Part shown: positions 1 through 11,632 of the stretch, piece after piece | Layout: the number at the start of each line of letters is the position of its first letter | Numbering within the stretch: the stretch's first letter is position 1 | Origin: Cirrosporium novae-zelandiae | Lineage: Eukaryota | DNA: 64,000 bases | Assembly: GCA_026023565.1 (NCBI GenBank) | Contig: JAPETS010000010.1 | Location: 1 to 64,000 of the forward strand | Reading direction: 5' to 3' | Position numbers and translations under genes: made by a program | The notes under the pieces: model-generated | What the model was told of the DNA's origin: nothing | The model's input: only the letters and a program-made list of their open reading frames with translations | Database searches by the model: none

Positions 1-2
1 AA

Positions 3-182
3 GCTCGGGTGATTAACCTCCCTGACTTTGATATGGTTTTAGGACTGTCTTGGTTACGGAAACACGATCCGTATATCAAATGGAGCAATATGACAATGGA
101 GATCAGTGACGATATGAATCGCAAACACCAACGTTTGCGGAACTCGCAGACAGTCGACGTACAGGTGTACGTCCCCTTTTAG
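3..182 (+). CDS. C-terminal part of a retrotransposon aspartic protease (5'-partial)
   Basis: Manual frame-3 translation ARVINLPDFDMVLGLSWLRKHDPYIKWSNMTMEI...YVPF* matches the Gypsy retropepsin D-x-I/V-L-G-x-x-W-L-x-x-H-x-P-x-I-x-W pattern. Confidence 0.75.
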   Translation, partial: ARVINLPDFDMVLGLSWLRKHDPYIKWSNMTMEISDDMNRKHQRLRNSQTVDVQVYVPF

Positions 183-241
183 TAAGGGAGGAAGAGGCTA
201 GGATACAGCAACCGCAAAAAGCTGTAACGCTACCCTCAGTT

Positions 242-607
242 GTGACGGTTGAGGAACCTGCAGAATCTATGGTGGAATCTTATAATTTAACCCGTAAAGC
301 TTTTGCGGAGTTCGCAAAACCTAGTTCAAGTGCACAAGAACCGTTTGCGAGCGGAGCTCGAAAGACAGGAATGAAAGAAGATTCTGCGGAACAACCAGCA
401 CGTACAAGGTTTCTAGACGTGGAAACGACAAGATCTTCAGACGTGGAGATGACTGATATACCACCAGAAAACGACACAGAAATAATAGATACTGTTGTCG
501 AGGATAGTGAGGACCGATCATCCGAGATATATCCGCAAAGGTCTAGGAATTACAATCTACGAACGAAACTACAGAAGACTAGGAAATTTGATAATTCCTG
601 GGAATAA
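242..607 (+). CDS. Acidic low-complexity ORF of the retroelement (frame open from 110)
   Basis: ORF track, 121 aa; ends RSRNYNLRTKLQKTRKF, resembling R-x-Y-N-L-R tails of retroelement polyproteins; no RT or integrase motifs. Confidence 0.4.
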   Translation: MTVEEPAESMVESYNLTRKAFAEFAKPSSSAQEPFASGARKTGMKEDSAEQPARTRFLDVETTRSSDVEMTDIPPENDTEIIDTVVEDSEDRSSEIYPQRSRNYNLRTKLQKTRKFDNSWE

Positions 608-679
608 GTTTCATTCTAAAATTGTAAATAAGACACAACCAGAAAACAACCCGCGAACCCAGCCACAGCATTTATACAA

Positions 680-1334
680 TCACGTCAAGATAATGGCGTT
701 GGAAGGGGAGGAACCGGGAGGGAGGGAGCGAGCCGCGGGAGGAGGAGGAGAGGGCCCAGGCGACGGAGAGGAGGGCCCAGAAGAAGGAGGACGGAGAGAA
801 GACCCTAAGAAGTTAGTTGCGAATCGCAAAAGAAGGGATCCGTAGAAGAAAGAATAACTTACGACGAACACACCGAGCGGCAAGTGCCTGATAATGGCAA
901 CTCGCACATGCCCCATTAAGTTCTCCAGGATAATATCGACACTCCACAAAACAACCACGCCCAGCCGTACAATTCTCACACACGGGATCGCGAGGCCGAC
1001 CCAGCCCTATTCAACATAAGTATAAACAGTTACGAATCGTAAAGGAATCATAACTAAAATACTTACATTGGATCAACCCAGCTTCCGTATAAGACGACCG
1101 AGTCTGACCCGCAACAAAACTGGACAGCAACACGGTAGAAGACTCGCGGATCGCCATATGGGCGACCCCAGGGAGACGACCGGTTCGCAAAAGATCCAAC
1201 GCCGTTTGATATAAATGACGTTCTCTCTGAGTCCAAGGCCGAGGAGGATGCTGATTTATAGGGACCAATGGTCCCACCGGAGAAAAAGGAGGAGGAGCGC
1301 CACCGCCAGGAATAAGAGCCTGATTATTGTTCAT
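680..1334 (-). CDS. Spliced antisense Cys-rich protein, DUF3716-like, 178 aa; exons 1334-1067, 1006-863, 804-680
   Basis: Introns 1066-1007 (GTAAGT...AATAG) and 862-805 (GTAAGT...CTAAC...TTAG) join three exons in frame (268+144+125=537 nt). Core EAGLIQWLGRPRDPVCENCTAGRGCFVECRYYPGELNGACASCHYQALAARC fits the DUF3716 pattern as I recall it. Confidence 0.8.
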
Positions 1335-1390
1335 TTGCTATTTACGGATCAGTTTACGAACCAACATCATTCGCAATTCGATACTTACGA

Positions 1391-1461
1391 AGAAGGTGAA
1401 GTTGAGGTGAAGTTGAAGGTGAAGTAGAAGGTGAAGTAGAAGGTGAAGTTGAGGTGAAGTT
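1391..1461. repeat. Degenerate GAAGGT/GAAGTT/GAAGTA tandem repeat upstream of the antisense gene
   Basis: gaaggtgaagttgaggtgaagttgaaggtgaagtagaaggtgaagtagaaggtgaagttgaggtgaagtt is visible directly. Confidence 0.8.
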
Positions 1462-1836
1462 AAGATAAATTGAGGAAAAAGGATCTATTAACTGTTAACC
1501 ATTGCGGATTCATTCGTAAAAGGATTGACAGAGATAGATAGGGATTACTTACGGAAGAAGAATAGTTGCTGAAGAAAGAAGTGAGAAAGGAATTGACAGT
1601 CGTTATATAACCTTGGGTTAGTCACCCTAAAAGTGTTGGTTACGAAGATTCACTTTCACAATTCACTTACGGCTCGCAACTACAATCGACCGCACGTACC
1701 CTATACCTGAGTGTTACGATTCTATTCACTATATTCATTCATTTGGTTACGGATGGTATTCCTATCTACGATTACATACACAGCGATAGTGAGGTTGAAG
1801 AGACCAACCTTAGTAAGTAAGGGAGGCTGTGGTTTC

Positions 1837-2036
1837 TGTTAAGGATCTCGGAAGATGCCGTGCCAAGACTAGATAGTATAACTAGTATATTTTGGATAAA
1901 TTTAATAAAGAACGATACACAAAATCACAGATCCTCACCTTGCACCTTAGACCTAGCCTCCTCAGTCATCGAATACCACACCAGTTATACACCTAGATTG
2001 AGCCTCATAGAGCCCCATATCATAGGCGTCGTAACA
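1837..2036 (+). repeat. Candidate 3' LTR, 200 bp (alternative start TGTGG at 1828)
   Basis: Begins TGTTAAGG and ends TCGTAACA (terminal inverted TGTTA/TAACA); follows a polypurine tract; AT-rich host-like DNA resumes after it. Partner LTR not in the window. Confidence 0.65.
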
Positions 2037-2896
2037 GATTCATAATTATTATTAATTAGTCCGTCCAGTCGCTTTCATTTTTATTTTTTAATCCAAAAGG
2101 TATTTTCTATATATATATATATATATGTATCCTAATCCACCATCAAACCATATTGCAAACACCCACCACCCTTAGCCAACATTTGTTTTTTTTTTTTTTT
2201 TTTTTTCCTTTCTAGGACTCTTAACAGTTCTTATTCTTCGATGAATATTTTAACTGTACAGTGCTAGGACACCCTCGAAGGTCTATGCGGTAAAATCAAT
2301 GAATCTATTCTTCTATCTAGCTACTACTCAAACATGACTCGCGTTTACGCTCAAATAACCGACAACTAACTAGTAAGCGAGTCTATAACCGCGAAGCGGC
2401 TACGTAGCCTAAAGCCATAACATACACCGTAACATCCAGTATGCCGGAAGGCAGATGGATGATATAAGACCAAGTTTAAATAGCATTTAACTAAGTTTGA
2501 GAAAATTTCGAATGGGATCTTAGGGAGGAGAATCGAGCGTTAAACCTATGTAACTACATAGCCTACAAGATTAGGACGACTCGACTCAGGATAAATAATC
2601 AACCAAACCAACCAGCTGATCAACCGAGATAAATAGATAGATGAAAGGACTTTTGGGCATGGTGGGTTTTCACATAGTAGCTACTAGATGCCTCCCAGGG
2701 TTAGGAATAGACTGGACCAAATAGAGCGTCTATATAAATACGAATTATATGATGGGGAGGGGTGGACTTTGGGGGATATCGGGATTCGGAATTTATGGAA
2801 TTTTGGGTTTTAACCTAAAGCCAAAAAGGTATCATTAATCTCCCCCCCCCCCCCCCACATCCCCCAATATAGCCCTGAATATCTACCCGTTGTGTC

Positions 2897-3130
2897 TCTG
2901 AGTATTGAGGCCCTGACTGGGCTTGCAACTGAGGCTTGTATTAAGGCTTCTACTAAGGTCCTGGCTGAACTTCTGACTGAGCTTCTGATTGAGGCTTCTA
3001 TTGAGGCTCGCACTGAGTATTCTACTAGGTATTTTACTCAGTACAATACGCCCATCCCGCCACTGAGGTTTCCCCCAAGACACAGACTGAGTATTCCCTT
3101 GAAGCATTGACCGAGGCTTTGATTAAGGTA
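2897..3130. repeat. Degenerate 12-bp minisatellite (consensus about GAGGCTTCTAYT)
   Basis: Units such as gaggcttgtatt, aaggcttctact, gagcttctgatt, gaggcttctatt, gaggctcgcact; these account for the ORFs on both strands. Confidence 0.7.
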
Positions 3131-3149
3131 TTGCAACACGTCCCCCTTG

Positions 3150-4335
3150 ATCACGCAAGCGATGATTACCCATACTGAGTACAAACAAGCCCAAAATGTC
3201 CAAAATAATATGTGTTATTTTGTCTAAGCATGTAGAATTAATTCTATGAAAAACATGCCATCTATACTATCTATTCTTGGCACGGAATATGCCAGAACAT
3301 TAATTTAACCCTTTCGAAAAGCCACACTCTGGGTCCTGTTCTGGGTCCTGCTTTGGCATCCTGCTAGGGTTGTTGTTTCGTGTCAGGATGTAGAATCAAA
3401 TCTATCCCTCAGCAGAACCATTCTTACTGAATTGTTCCTTCAATATGGTTGCGTTGGAACGAATGAAGCGAGAAAGCTGAAGAATTAGATTATTGACGGC
3501 GGACTTCCAACAATGGATCCCGGGTATATCAAGATGTTCTTCAGGGACGAGGGCTTCGACAAGATTCTTTGAAGCTGGTGGCTATTAAAGAAGCCTTCAA
3601 CAAAATTAGACCAGTATTGATGAATTAAAAAGAAAGAAACATACCTTGAAGCTGGTGTTGCTTTTTTTTCGGGACCGGACCCCCAGGCTCAAGCAACAGC
3701 TCGGAGGAGCCCGAAAAAAGCTCCCCTCCCCCCCTTGGTCTCCCCCCCTTAGTCTCCCCCACAACACCCCTTCCCCTCCACAGAGCACGCCGCCACCATG
3801 ACGGACGACGCAGCACCCACCACTGTTGGCCGCAAAGCGGCGCGGACGAACTGTTCAGGCGAGTCAGTCAACTGCCACGGGATGAGAGAAAGGGAGGTAC
3901 ATACAGACGAGAAAGGCATATTTAATAAAAATATTAATATTAATTAGACAGGTAATATGTCTTAATATTAATATAGGGAACAAAAAAAGAAAGGCAGACT
4001 GAGGAGAAGGCCGACATGGTTTTGCTGATGTGACTTCTTTTTGTGACTGACTATTCAGAGGATATTCAAGGATGATGGTTTTGTAATAGAAGAGAAATCC
4101 AGATAGATATACCCCCGCACGGGGAGTCCATGCACACGAGCTACTGTAATCCCATGGTAATATGCAAGCAAAAAGGCAAGAACACAGCAGGTTCCATAAC
4201 AAAGGAAACATACCTGAGAGCATTATTGAGAAAAGGGTGAGGATGTATCACTACTAGTCACTACTCTTTCTGCTAAAGGGTTATTCGTCAAACTCAGAAG
4301 CCATAGTGGATGGATCTATATGGTGAGCAGCAGTC
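3150..4335. repeat. Dispersed repeat copy A, homologous to 55590-57125 in the same orientation
   Basis: Shared blocks include TCAGGGACGAGG(G/A)CTTCGACAA..TTCTTTGAAGCTGGTG, ATTGATGAATTAAAAAGAAAGAAACATACCTTGAAGCTG, AAAGGGTTATTCGT and GATCTATATGGTGAG. Confidence 0.85.
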
Positions 4336-6630
4336 CCCTAGTAAATTAGATCCATCAATAGCAAAGGAAGTCATAGTGGCCATGGACTGACTGCACTCGT
4401 AGCCAGGTCGAGTCTTCCGTGTGGTAAGAGGGGCAAGAACGCTGCAAGATCCATAACAGAGAACCCCCTTTCTTTCAAGCTTATAGTCGCTTAGGATCGT
4501 GTGTTGAGAAGTGGTAAATTTCAATTTTCAGGTCCGTTTAAGTCCTTTGTAATCAGTCTCGTCTCACTAGTGAATTTATTTATTATACAAATATCATATG
4601 AAAATCATTTTGATATGATCGCCAGTGGATGTTTCGATATTAAGCCAAAGTTTATTCATTCTAGCCGCACACATGATATTGAACTATATATTCTAGAGGT
4701 CTGTTGTATATAAAAAAAAAACTAGTAACTCATTCAGATCAATACCCTTATAAGTTACAAGAAATAAAGTCCAGGTCTTCATTTTATATACAAAAGGGGG
4801 CGTGATTAACGAACGGACTTTAGGATTCGGATTGAGGAGAATAAAGTAAAGGGGGTTGGTTTTTTTGAGAATTATATAGTTGAGAAAGAGAATGGGGGGG
4901 TAGAAGGGATTTTGAGAAGAGCGACGGTCCTTTGTCTGTGAAAATACTTCTACAGAGGTAGCCACTTGCTCCCAAGTTCCACATTCTGCTGTTTCCATTG
5001 TGGAATGGTCTTTGCTACCCGAATGAACCAAGGGAGTACGGTCCGACGTATCCCTCTGGCTGGTCCTAGAGCTCCATGAGCCAGGTGTGGTTTTGAGATT
5101 CTGATCTGCCCTTGCACATATGGTACAGGGGTCTAAGCAGCCCCATAAGATTCTAGATCAGTTTTAGTTGACAACTTATCAGCAATCTTGGTGACTTGCC
5201 CTTCATTTCTTTCTCATGGCTCTCATACCATTTATCGATCTATTCTTATCCTGAAATTCCTAGAATTTACTCATAACCTGATGAGTGTAGTCTGTTGGGG
5301 ATCCTGGAACAGTTCCTGAACGTCAGCTTAAAAGATACTACCTTTTTTTTGCCCTCTTTGAATGTAGAATCATATCTTGATGATTCTTCAACAGTCTCAC
5401 GGGAGTCTTTGTCTGAGCAAGGTCTCTTGCATTCTTGAAATAGGAGGGTGCCATCCCGTCCTCAGAAAACACGGACATCGCCGAAGAACCTTCGGAAGGA
5501 GCGACTGTAGCGGCAGTGGGGACAGAACACAGACATCATCCTTGAAAACTTGGTTCGTTTGTCGTTGTGGATGTGTCTTGGGGATAGGAGACCAAACTAG
5601 AAATGGAGATGAATATAAAAGCTCCAAGTCCCTGCTGTGGGAAAGAGCCACGTCCCACAAGGTGACGAGGTTGTGTACGAATTTCAAGCCATCGGCATTT
5701 GTTTTGGTCTCAACCACTAGTTTGGCTGCATTCTTTGGTTCTTTTCGATATACATTATGGGAGGAGTATCGATCTAGAGACAGGTAAGGAGGCCATCTTG
5801 AATAGCTTCATAGACAGGAACTGTTGGAGGGTCCATAACATTCACGGAATTATCAAATAGCTCTGGCTTATCCAGTTCATCAATGTCATCAACAAATTCA
5901 TTTCCATCAATGCCATAATGCCATTTACAGTGCGCTGGAGATCGCTTGATTTGGATTGACCTGAAACTAACAGTGTAAAAGCAGAGATCTGTGAAATAAT
6001 GTACCTAAGGAAAGTATTATAGTAGATGTTAGATGTTACGTGTATATAGCAAGTAATGAACTATGAAGAGTAAGACAAGGGAATATAGACATAGGCATCA
6101 TAAAGAATCGGCAGATAGAACATGCAATAAGGACAAGCCATCTATCTCAATGTCAAGAAAAGAAAAGAAAAGGATTGAACAAGTACAATAGCAAAAGCAA
6201 ACAAATTTAGCTATGGAATCGCGAGTTCCTCCTGGAAGTCGAGAGAGGCTAGTATCAGTAAGCAAAAGTCTCAAAGTATTAGTTACCATGACTGATTGTT
6301 TCTGCTTTCTGGATGAAGATGAGGAAAAGAATTTGGGTTTGGGGAGGAGGGAGAAGGAGATATTTATGCTGTGGTTGAGATGCGAAAGTCTACATAGGCT
6401 AAGGTAAAACTTCACTGTTTGCAAATTCTGTTTGCGCTTCATCACAAGACTCATGTAAGATGCAATGATGGTGATGATGCATGAACGGCATTGCTGCCCA
6501 AGCCAGAGCCGATTCACTTCCATATGTCTTCACAGTTTTTTTGGTTTGACATTAGCGTTAATATGACATGTGCGACCTATGCTGTTGTTCGTTTCATCAG
6601 CAAGATTCACGCCTTCTAAGTTCTACTTTC

Positions 6631-6678
6631 CCTATAGTTAGTAGGACCTATAGTTAGTAGAATCTACAGTTAATAGGA
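6631..6678. repeat. 16-bp tandem repeat x3
   Basis: cctatagttagtagga / cctatagttagtagaa / tctacagttaatagga. Confidence 0.8.
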
Positions 6679-6897
6679 TTCGTTACATTCGAAATGAAGA
6701 CAGTGTCAAGGTTTCCATGAGCACGAGATAACATCGATTCATCATGAGTGGCGCGCCGGCCACGGATATCACTTAAAAGTCACCTCACTTCAGTCTCATC
6801 CAACATTCCAACTTTCCCTCCATCCTATCCCCTCCCCTTCGCTTCTCCCTTCCACTCCAACTCTAGTGTCCCGAACAAGGAAGCCATAACCAAGAAT

Positions 6898-7311
6898 TCA
6901 AGCGGAGGATGTGGTGGCGGGATCCAAGTACATCATTTCGTACTCCATTGTAATTCCATCATCGTCAAGCGCAAGCGGGGTGAGGATGGCATGGTAGACT
7001 AATTAAGGAGCGATTGATTAGCAACTTATTTTTAATAGTAAAAGATAGTAAAATGAGATGAAATATTTACCAGAAACGACCCTATTCGGATACGCACTTG
7101 GCCAACTACCTGGCATATGAGCGTAAAAACCCCTTGTGAGGCTTGTGGGCTGGGGCTGGTCCGTTGTCCCGAAACCGAAACTCGCAGCGCTGGATGGAGT
7201 GGAGGGAGGTGGTGGATGATCGGGCCGGGAGGGGCGGTGGCGCCGGCGGCGTCCGCGTACGCAGGCAGTGATCCGATCATGGATAAGTGAAAAAAGCCAC
7301 TTGAAAGCCAT
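6898..7311 (-). CDS. Hypothetical small Pro/Arg-rich protein, about 113 aa; exons 7311-7071, 6998-6898
   Basis: ATG at 7311; intron GTAAAT...GCTAAT...TTAG (7070-6999) keeps frame; no family recognised. Confidence 0.35.
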
Positions 7312-7833
7312 ATTTGAGGTTCTTGTGTGGCGGTGCAAATAATTGGGGAAGAGATGCTTTCGGCCGAAAGAAATCGACTAAGTAGTGTGCGATGTGGCCC
7401 GTGCGTCCTTATCGATAAGCCAACCGCTTCTACTTGAACCGAGCGCCGAGACCACCGAGGTCCTGTTGCCTTCAGTCCTAGGATAAAGTACACATACGAG
7501 TTCTAAAGGAATGGGCAAGTGTTCACGTAATACTATAATATCATATACCTCATTTCTCTCTACCTTTCAGTCATTCATCATCCAACTTGTTAGCCCGCCT
7601 GCCATTGTGAAGATCCATCGCCAATGTAAAGACTCCCCCGCCCAACGTTTGAGTCTCCTGAGTCCCAATGCTGGAATCATCTAGGATGGAAGGAAATATT
7701 AAATACATAACGCCCCGAGATGCTATATGCATGGCTCCGCTACGAATATAAACAATGACACGGTGAAATATGCGGTGTCCTCATCCCGTGACTAAAAGTT
7801 GCAACCCCAAAGTGTAGGTTGAGTCCACCATCG

Positions 7834-10800
7834 TTATCTTGCAATTCGCTGAATTAAACCCTGAATTGACATTAGTCAGAAGTCCCTTCATGAATATCTC
7901 AAAGCCTTACCTGGAAAAAGTGTTTAAACCCCTTGCTATCTAGCGTCATCAAGGCCTTTAGGTACTCGCCCGCAAGATCGTCGTTCATCCCCATACTCCT
8001 CAGCTCCGTCTCTCGCAACCACGAAAAATAAGAGTCTCCACAAACGCTATAGATCGTCTTCTGGAGGCCTGCGGCTTCGTTCAAAGCTTGTTTCGCCTGT
8101 GCATCTTTGGGATTGAATGACGCCGCAGCAGCCCAGCATAAGGGGGAAAATCGAGTCATCATGAACTGGTCAAATCCAGGGAGAGCATGTTTTGCAGGAT
8201 CTGTACCACCCCAGGTTGTTGCCATTTTGCTGAGGACGAGGAATGCCATTTTGGATGTAGGAAAGTCGTTGGAGTCTTTGGCAAAGAGTTCAAGCATGGA
8301 GATGACGGTCTCGAAAGCACCTTGGTTTCTTGGACTAATTAGAATACTACCGAGGTCGTTGTTGAGGATGACTAGGAGGAAGTTTAGGTATTCGCGCTTG
8401 AGCTCTGCGGATTGAATCTCATCGTCGGTACCTGCCGGAGGTTCTGCAATACCATTGAATACGCGTTGCATGAAAGGGGTAAGGAGGGTGTCTAAAATGT
8501 CTGATATTTCCCCTTTGAATCCATGAATTACTTGCTCCATTAGTCGTAGGAACAAGGCCATTTCATCTTTCGTTGAACTCTGGGTCACAAGACCGTCAAT
8601 CCATCGAGAGAGCTGAGGAAGAATGTTTCGACCAATCACACCAATCAGCCTGGAGAATGCAAATCTCGAAGCAGTCCGGATCTGAAAGGATTCATTCAAT
8701 GTTTCTAGAGCTGTGAGGGTTGCATCACCGACTCTGGTAAATTCTATGGATACTTCTTGGGCTGGAGGACTTCCAGAAGTACTTCCAGGAGACCATTCGG
8801 AGTATCCCTTCGCCAGAGTTCCGAGGGCCATTATATCATGATGGACTTGGAGAGCCGCTCGCTCATCACCACCCTTTGCTGATGGAAGTTGTGATTCCAT
8901 GTCAGAAAATATAGGGTTCATGATTGTTTGAGCAATAAGAGCTTGCTTGTCAACAGGGACCGCTGAAGTTGCTGATATGCATCCGATAGCCTCGAACAGG
9001 TTCAGTTGGCCTACAAAGATTGTATCAGCCGAGTTTTCGCTGGTTACATCATCCGATGACATGTCATTTTCTTCGTTATCTCCGGACAGCTCGGCCATGA
9101 TTGGGAGAAGAGGCTGCAAGGCACCGATGACGGATTCTGCTACATCACCAATATGAAACCTCATTTGCCGCAGGAATCGAAGGAGCAGATACCAGGATCG
9201 CAACTTGACCTTTGGAGAAGGTGAGTGAACTAGCTGTAAAAGGGATTCCAGAACTCGCGGGATCATTGAGGGATTCATTTCAAAGAATGAGCTGTAACGG
9301 ACGCAAATCTCCATATAGAGGACCTGGGTGGCAGGATGCCTGAAGCCAGAGATATTGGATTCGGCCAATTTGGCAAGCATAGCAGCTAGTCGTTCCGCTG
9401 CAGGTGAGACAGGTCTCTTCTTCGAATAAAGACCCCCGGACTTCACAGCCAAGTCCCCTAACTGGTACATTTCGTAAAGACCGAGTTCTAGCTCTCTCCA
9501 GTCAAGCTGGTCTCCACTTTGCTCAAGAGCTTGAAATATCCTACCAACAACATTACTGATAAACTCCAGGTACATTGGCTCGTCGATTGCAAAAATGATT
9601 TGTTGAAGATTATTCAGCCGTTTCCGAAGCTCTTGAAATTCCGCCTCATCAGTTTGGTCATCTTCTTCTCCCCAGCTTGATGTCTCGTCGTACTTGACTT
9701 TGGTAACTATCGCACCTAATATCGGTCCTAGGGACCGAGAATACTGTTCCGGAAGGGAACCATGTGCTTTTGCATATTTTCGGAAGAATCCAAGAACGTC
9801 GCTCAGAGCAGGAATAACGGTCGAGCAGACTTCATCATATTCATCAGAAAAGAATCGTAGAATATGCTGCATGAATGCTCTTAAAAGCTCCTCCGCTCGA
9901 ATCCTAGCTTCTGCGGATAACGAAGCGGCCTCTAATGACTTTATGATGTCGACACTAGTGATATTCACAAGCTTAGCCACGGTTTCTGCAAAGTCAGTAT
10001 CATATTTTGAACTAAAGCGGAGTTCGCTCAAGGCGGGACTCGTAATTAGTTGGGAAATGACTTGATCAAGGTTTAAAAAGACAATCAAATCAATCTTGTC
10101 GCCTGGTTGCATTCCCTTGCCAACAATCTCAGCAAAAGTGTCAACTGTAGCATCCCGCACCTTCTCTTCGGCCTGCCCGAGACTCTGTTGTTGGGTCCGG
10201 CTGACTTGGTCATACAGTAGGGAGAGAAATGTTTGATCGACGAGCAGAGAAATATCAACCCAACTAACCCACCGCCCAATTGTTCTCAAGCACATCTCGA
10301 TGATGCTGTAGTCTTTCCCCCTCCATTGCGTCAATATTTCTTGCCAGGAAAGAATAATTCTGCGCATATCTCGAACTCGTACAAGGTCTTTTAGCTCATT
10401 TGCTTTTGATTTTTCTTCTTCTGACCGAAGAATAATTTGATCTGCAATTTCTTCGTGAACAGAATTTAATATCCGTAGGTATAGGGCAACCCCTGGTGCG
10501 TGACCCTCCATGTCTCCATTCTTGGGTATATTGGTAAGACCAAGAAAGTCTGAAAAAAAACTTTCCCATCCCGCAGCATACAATACTGAGAAAAGAAATG
10601 TCATGGCCTGGGTCAACTTGTTTTGCATGGCCGGAGTATCAACTTTTGACTTGTCCCCTTGGGGGCCGTAAATATTTAGAATATACTGCCATAAATTTTC
10701 CTTGACCGTTGCCAATCCTTGTTGATCTAGATATCCAGAACGTATAGTATTATTGACGAGCTCAAGGCCCACGTGCCTAACAACATCATCCAACGGCGGA

Positions 10801-11008
10801 TCCCGAGTAAAGAGTGACAGGCAGACCTGCCATGCGGAGGGGTTCGAACGAAGTCCGGTGAGATATTCATATGCTGCGGCTTTAAGCCTTTGATCGGATG
10901 TAGGGTCCCAGGCGACACGGATAGCATTTGTAACCTAATAGAAGTTCCCCGGGTCAGCTTCTGGTCCGAAGTAATTTTCCCAAGGCTGGATGGTACCTCT
11001 TCCTCCAT
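7834..11008 (-). CDS. los1: Exportin-T (tRNA exportin), 3 exons
   Basis: 964-aa ORF; spliced N-terminus MEEE|VTNAIRVAWDP; RFFSDEYDEV and EAEFQELRKRL motifs; short last exon GLIQRIAR*. Confidence 0.93.
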
Positions 11009-11632
11009 GGTAGATACCGGAGATGGATTCTGGACACTGAAAGTCTATGGATGATTGCTTTTATGACTTGACATATATTCTTAGAAAAGTTGTATTGTGT
11101 TAACCTCGCAGATGCGATTGAGAAAGCTCATAGATTCATCAACGGTTGAAATGCTGAGCCAGCAAGCCAGCGGTGAACGTACTCGGGCGAGTTAACGCAT
11201 TCTTTCCAATTTTTAGATCTGATAGTTAATAATTTTCGAAGCTCTTGAGAGCAATGAAAACCTTGGAGCACTCTAAACCGTATGGGCAGGTTTATGTGGT
11301 GATGTTAAAAGTAAAGTTAGGTCGTGTGCAAATTACGGTGTTTGGTTAGCTACTTTGGTAATTTTGAATGCCCGAATGTGGGCTTTGGGCTGCCCCTCAG
11401 GCATTAATTAAAGTCGTATGTACAACATTAACGTATGCATAATTACCTCGCATGTGGGGAACAACGCACAATTTTTATTATCTACTGCATCCAAACAAAG
11501 TACTTGTACATCTACCTCAACAAAAATATCCTATCAATGGTTGAATATAAAAAAATCATTCCAAGTCTTATCTAGACCCATCTATCATCTTAATACTCCG
11601 TTCCTCATTCAAAATTTTATCACGAGACCCAT

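Larger units (their letters stand above)
1..2036 (+). mobile_element. 3' portion of a Ty3/Gypsy-like LTR retrotransposon, apparently non-autonomous; 5' end outside the window
   Basis: Retropepsin C-terminal motif at 3-182; hairpin AGGTTG/CAACCT at about 1792-1810; polypurine tract at 1815-1826; TGTTA...TAACA-bounded 200-bp LTR candidate. Confidence 0.75.

Noticed and set aside
165..239. Possible intron (GTACGT...CTCAG) joining the protease to ORF 242-607
   Set aside because: Neither candidate donor (165 or 167) yields the downstream frame; both hit a stop within a few codons.
2810..3110. Three overlapping ORFs with repetitive peptides
   Set aside because: By-products of the 12-bp minisatellite; no family motif.
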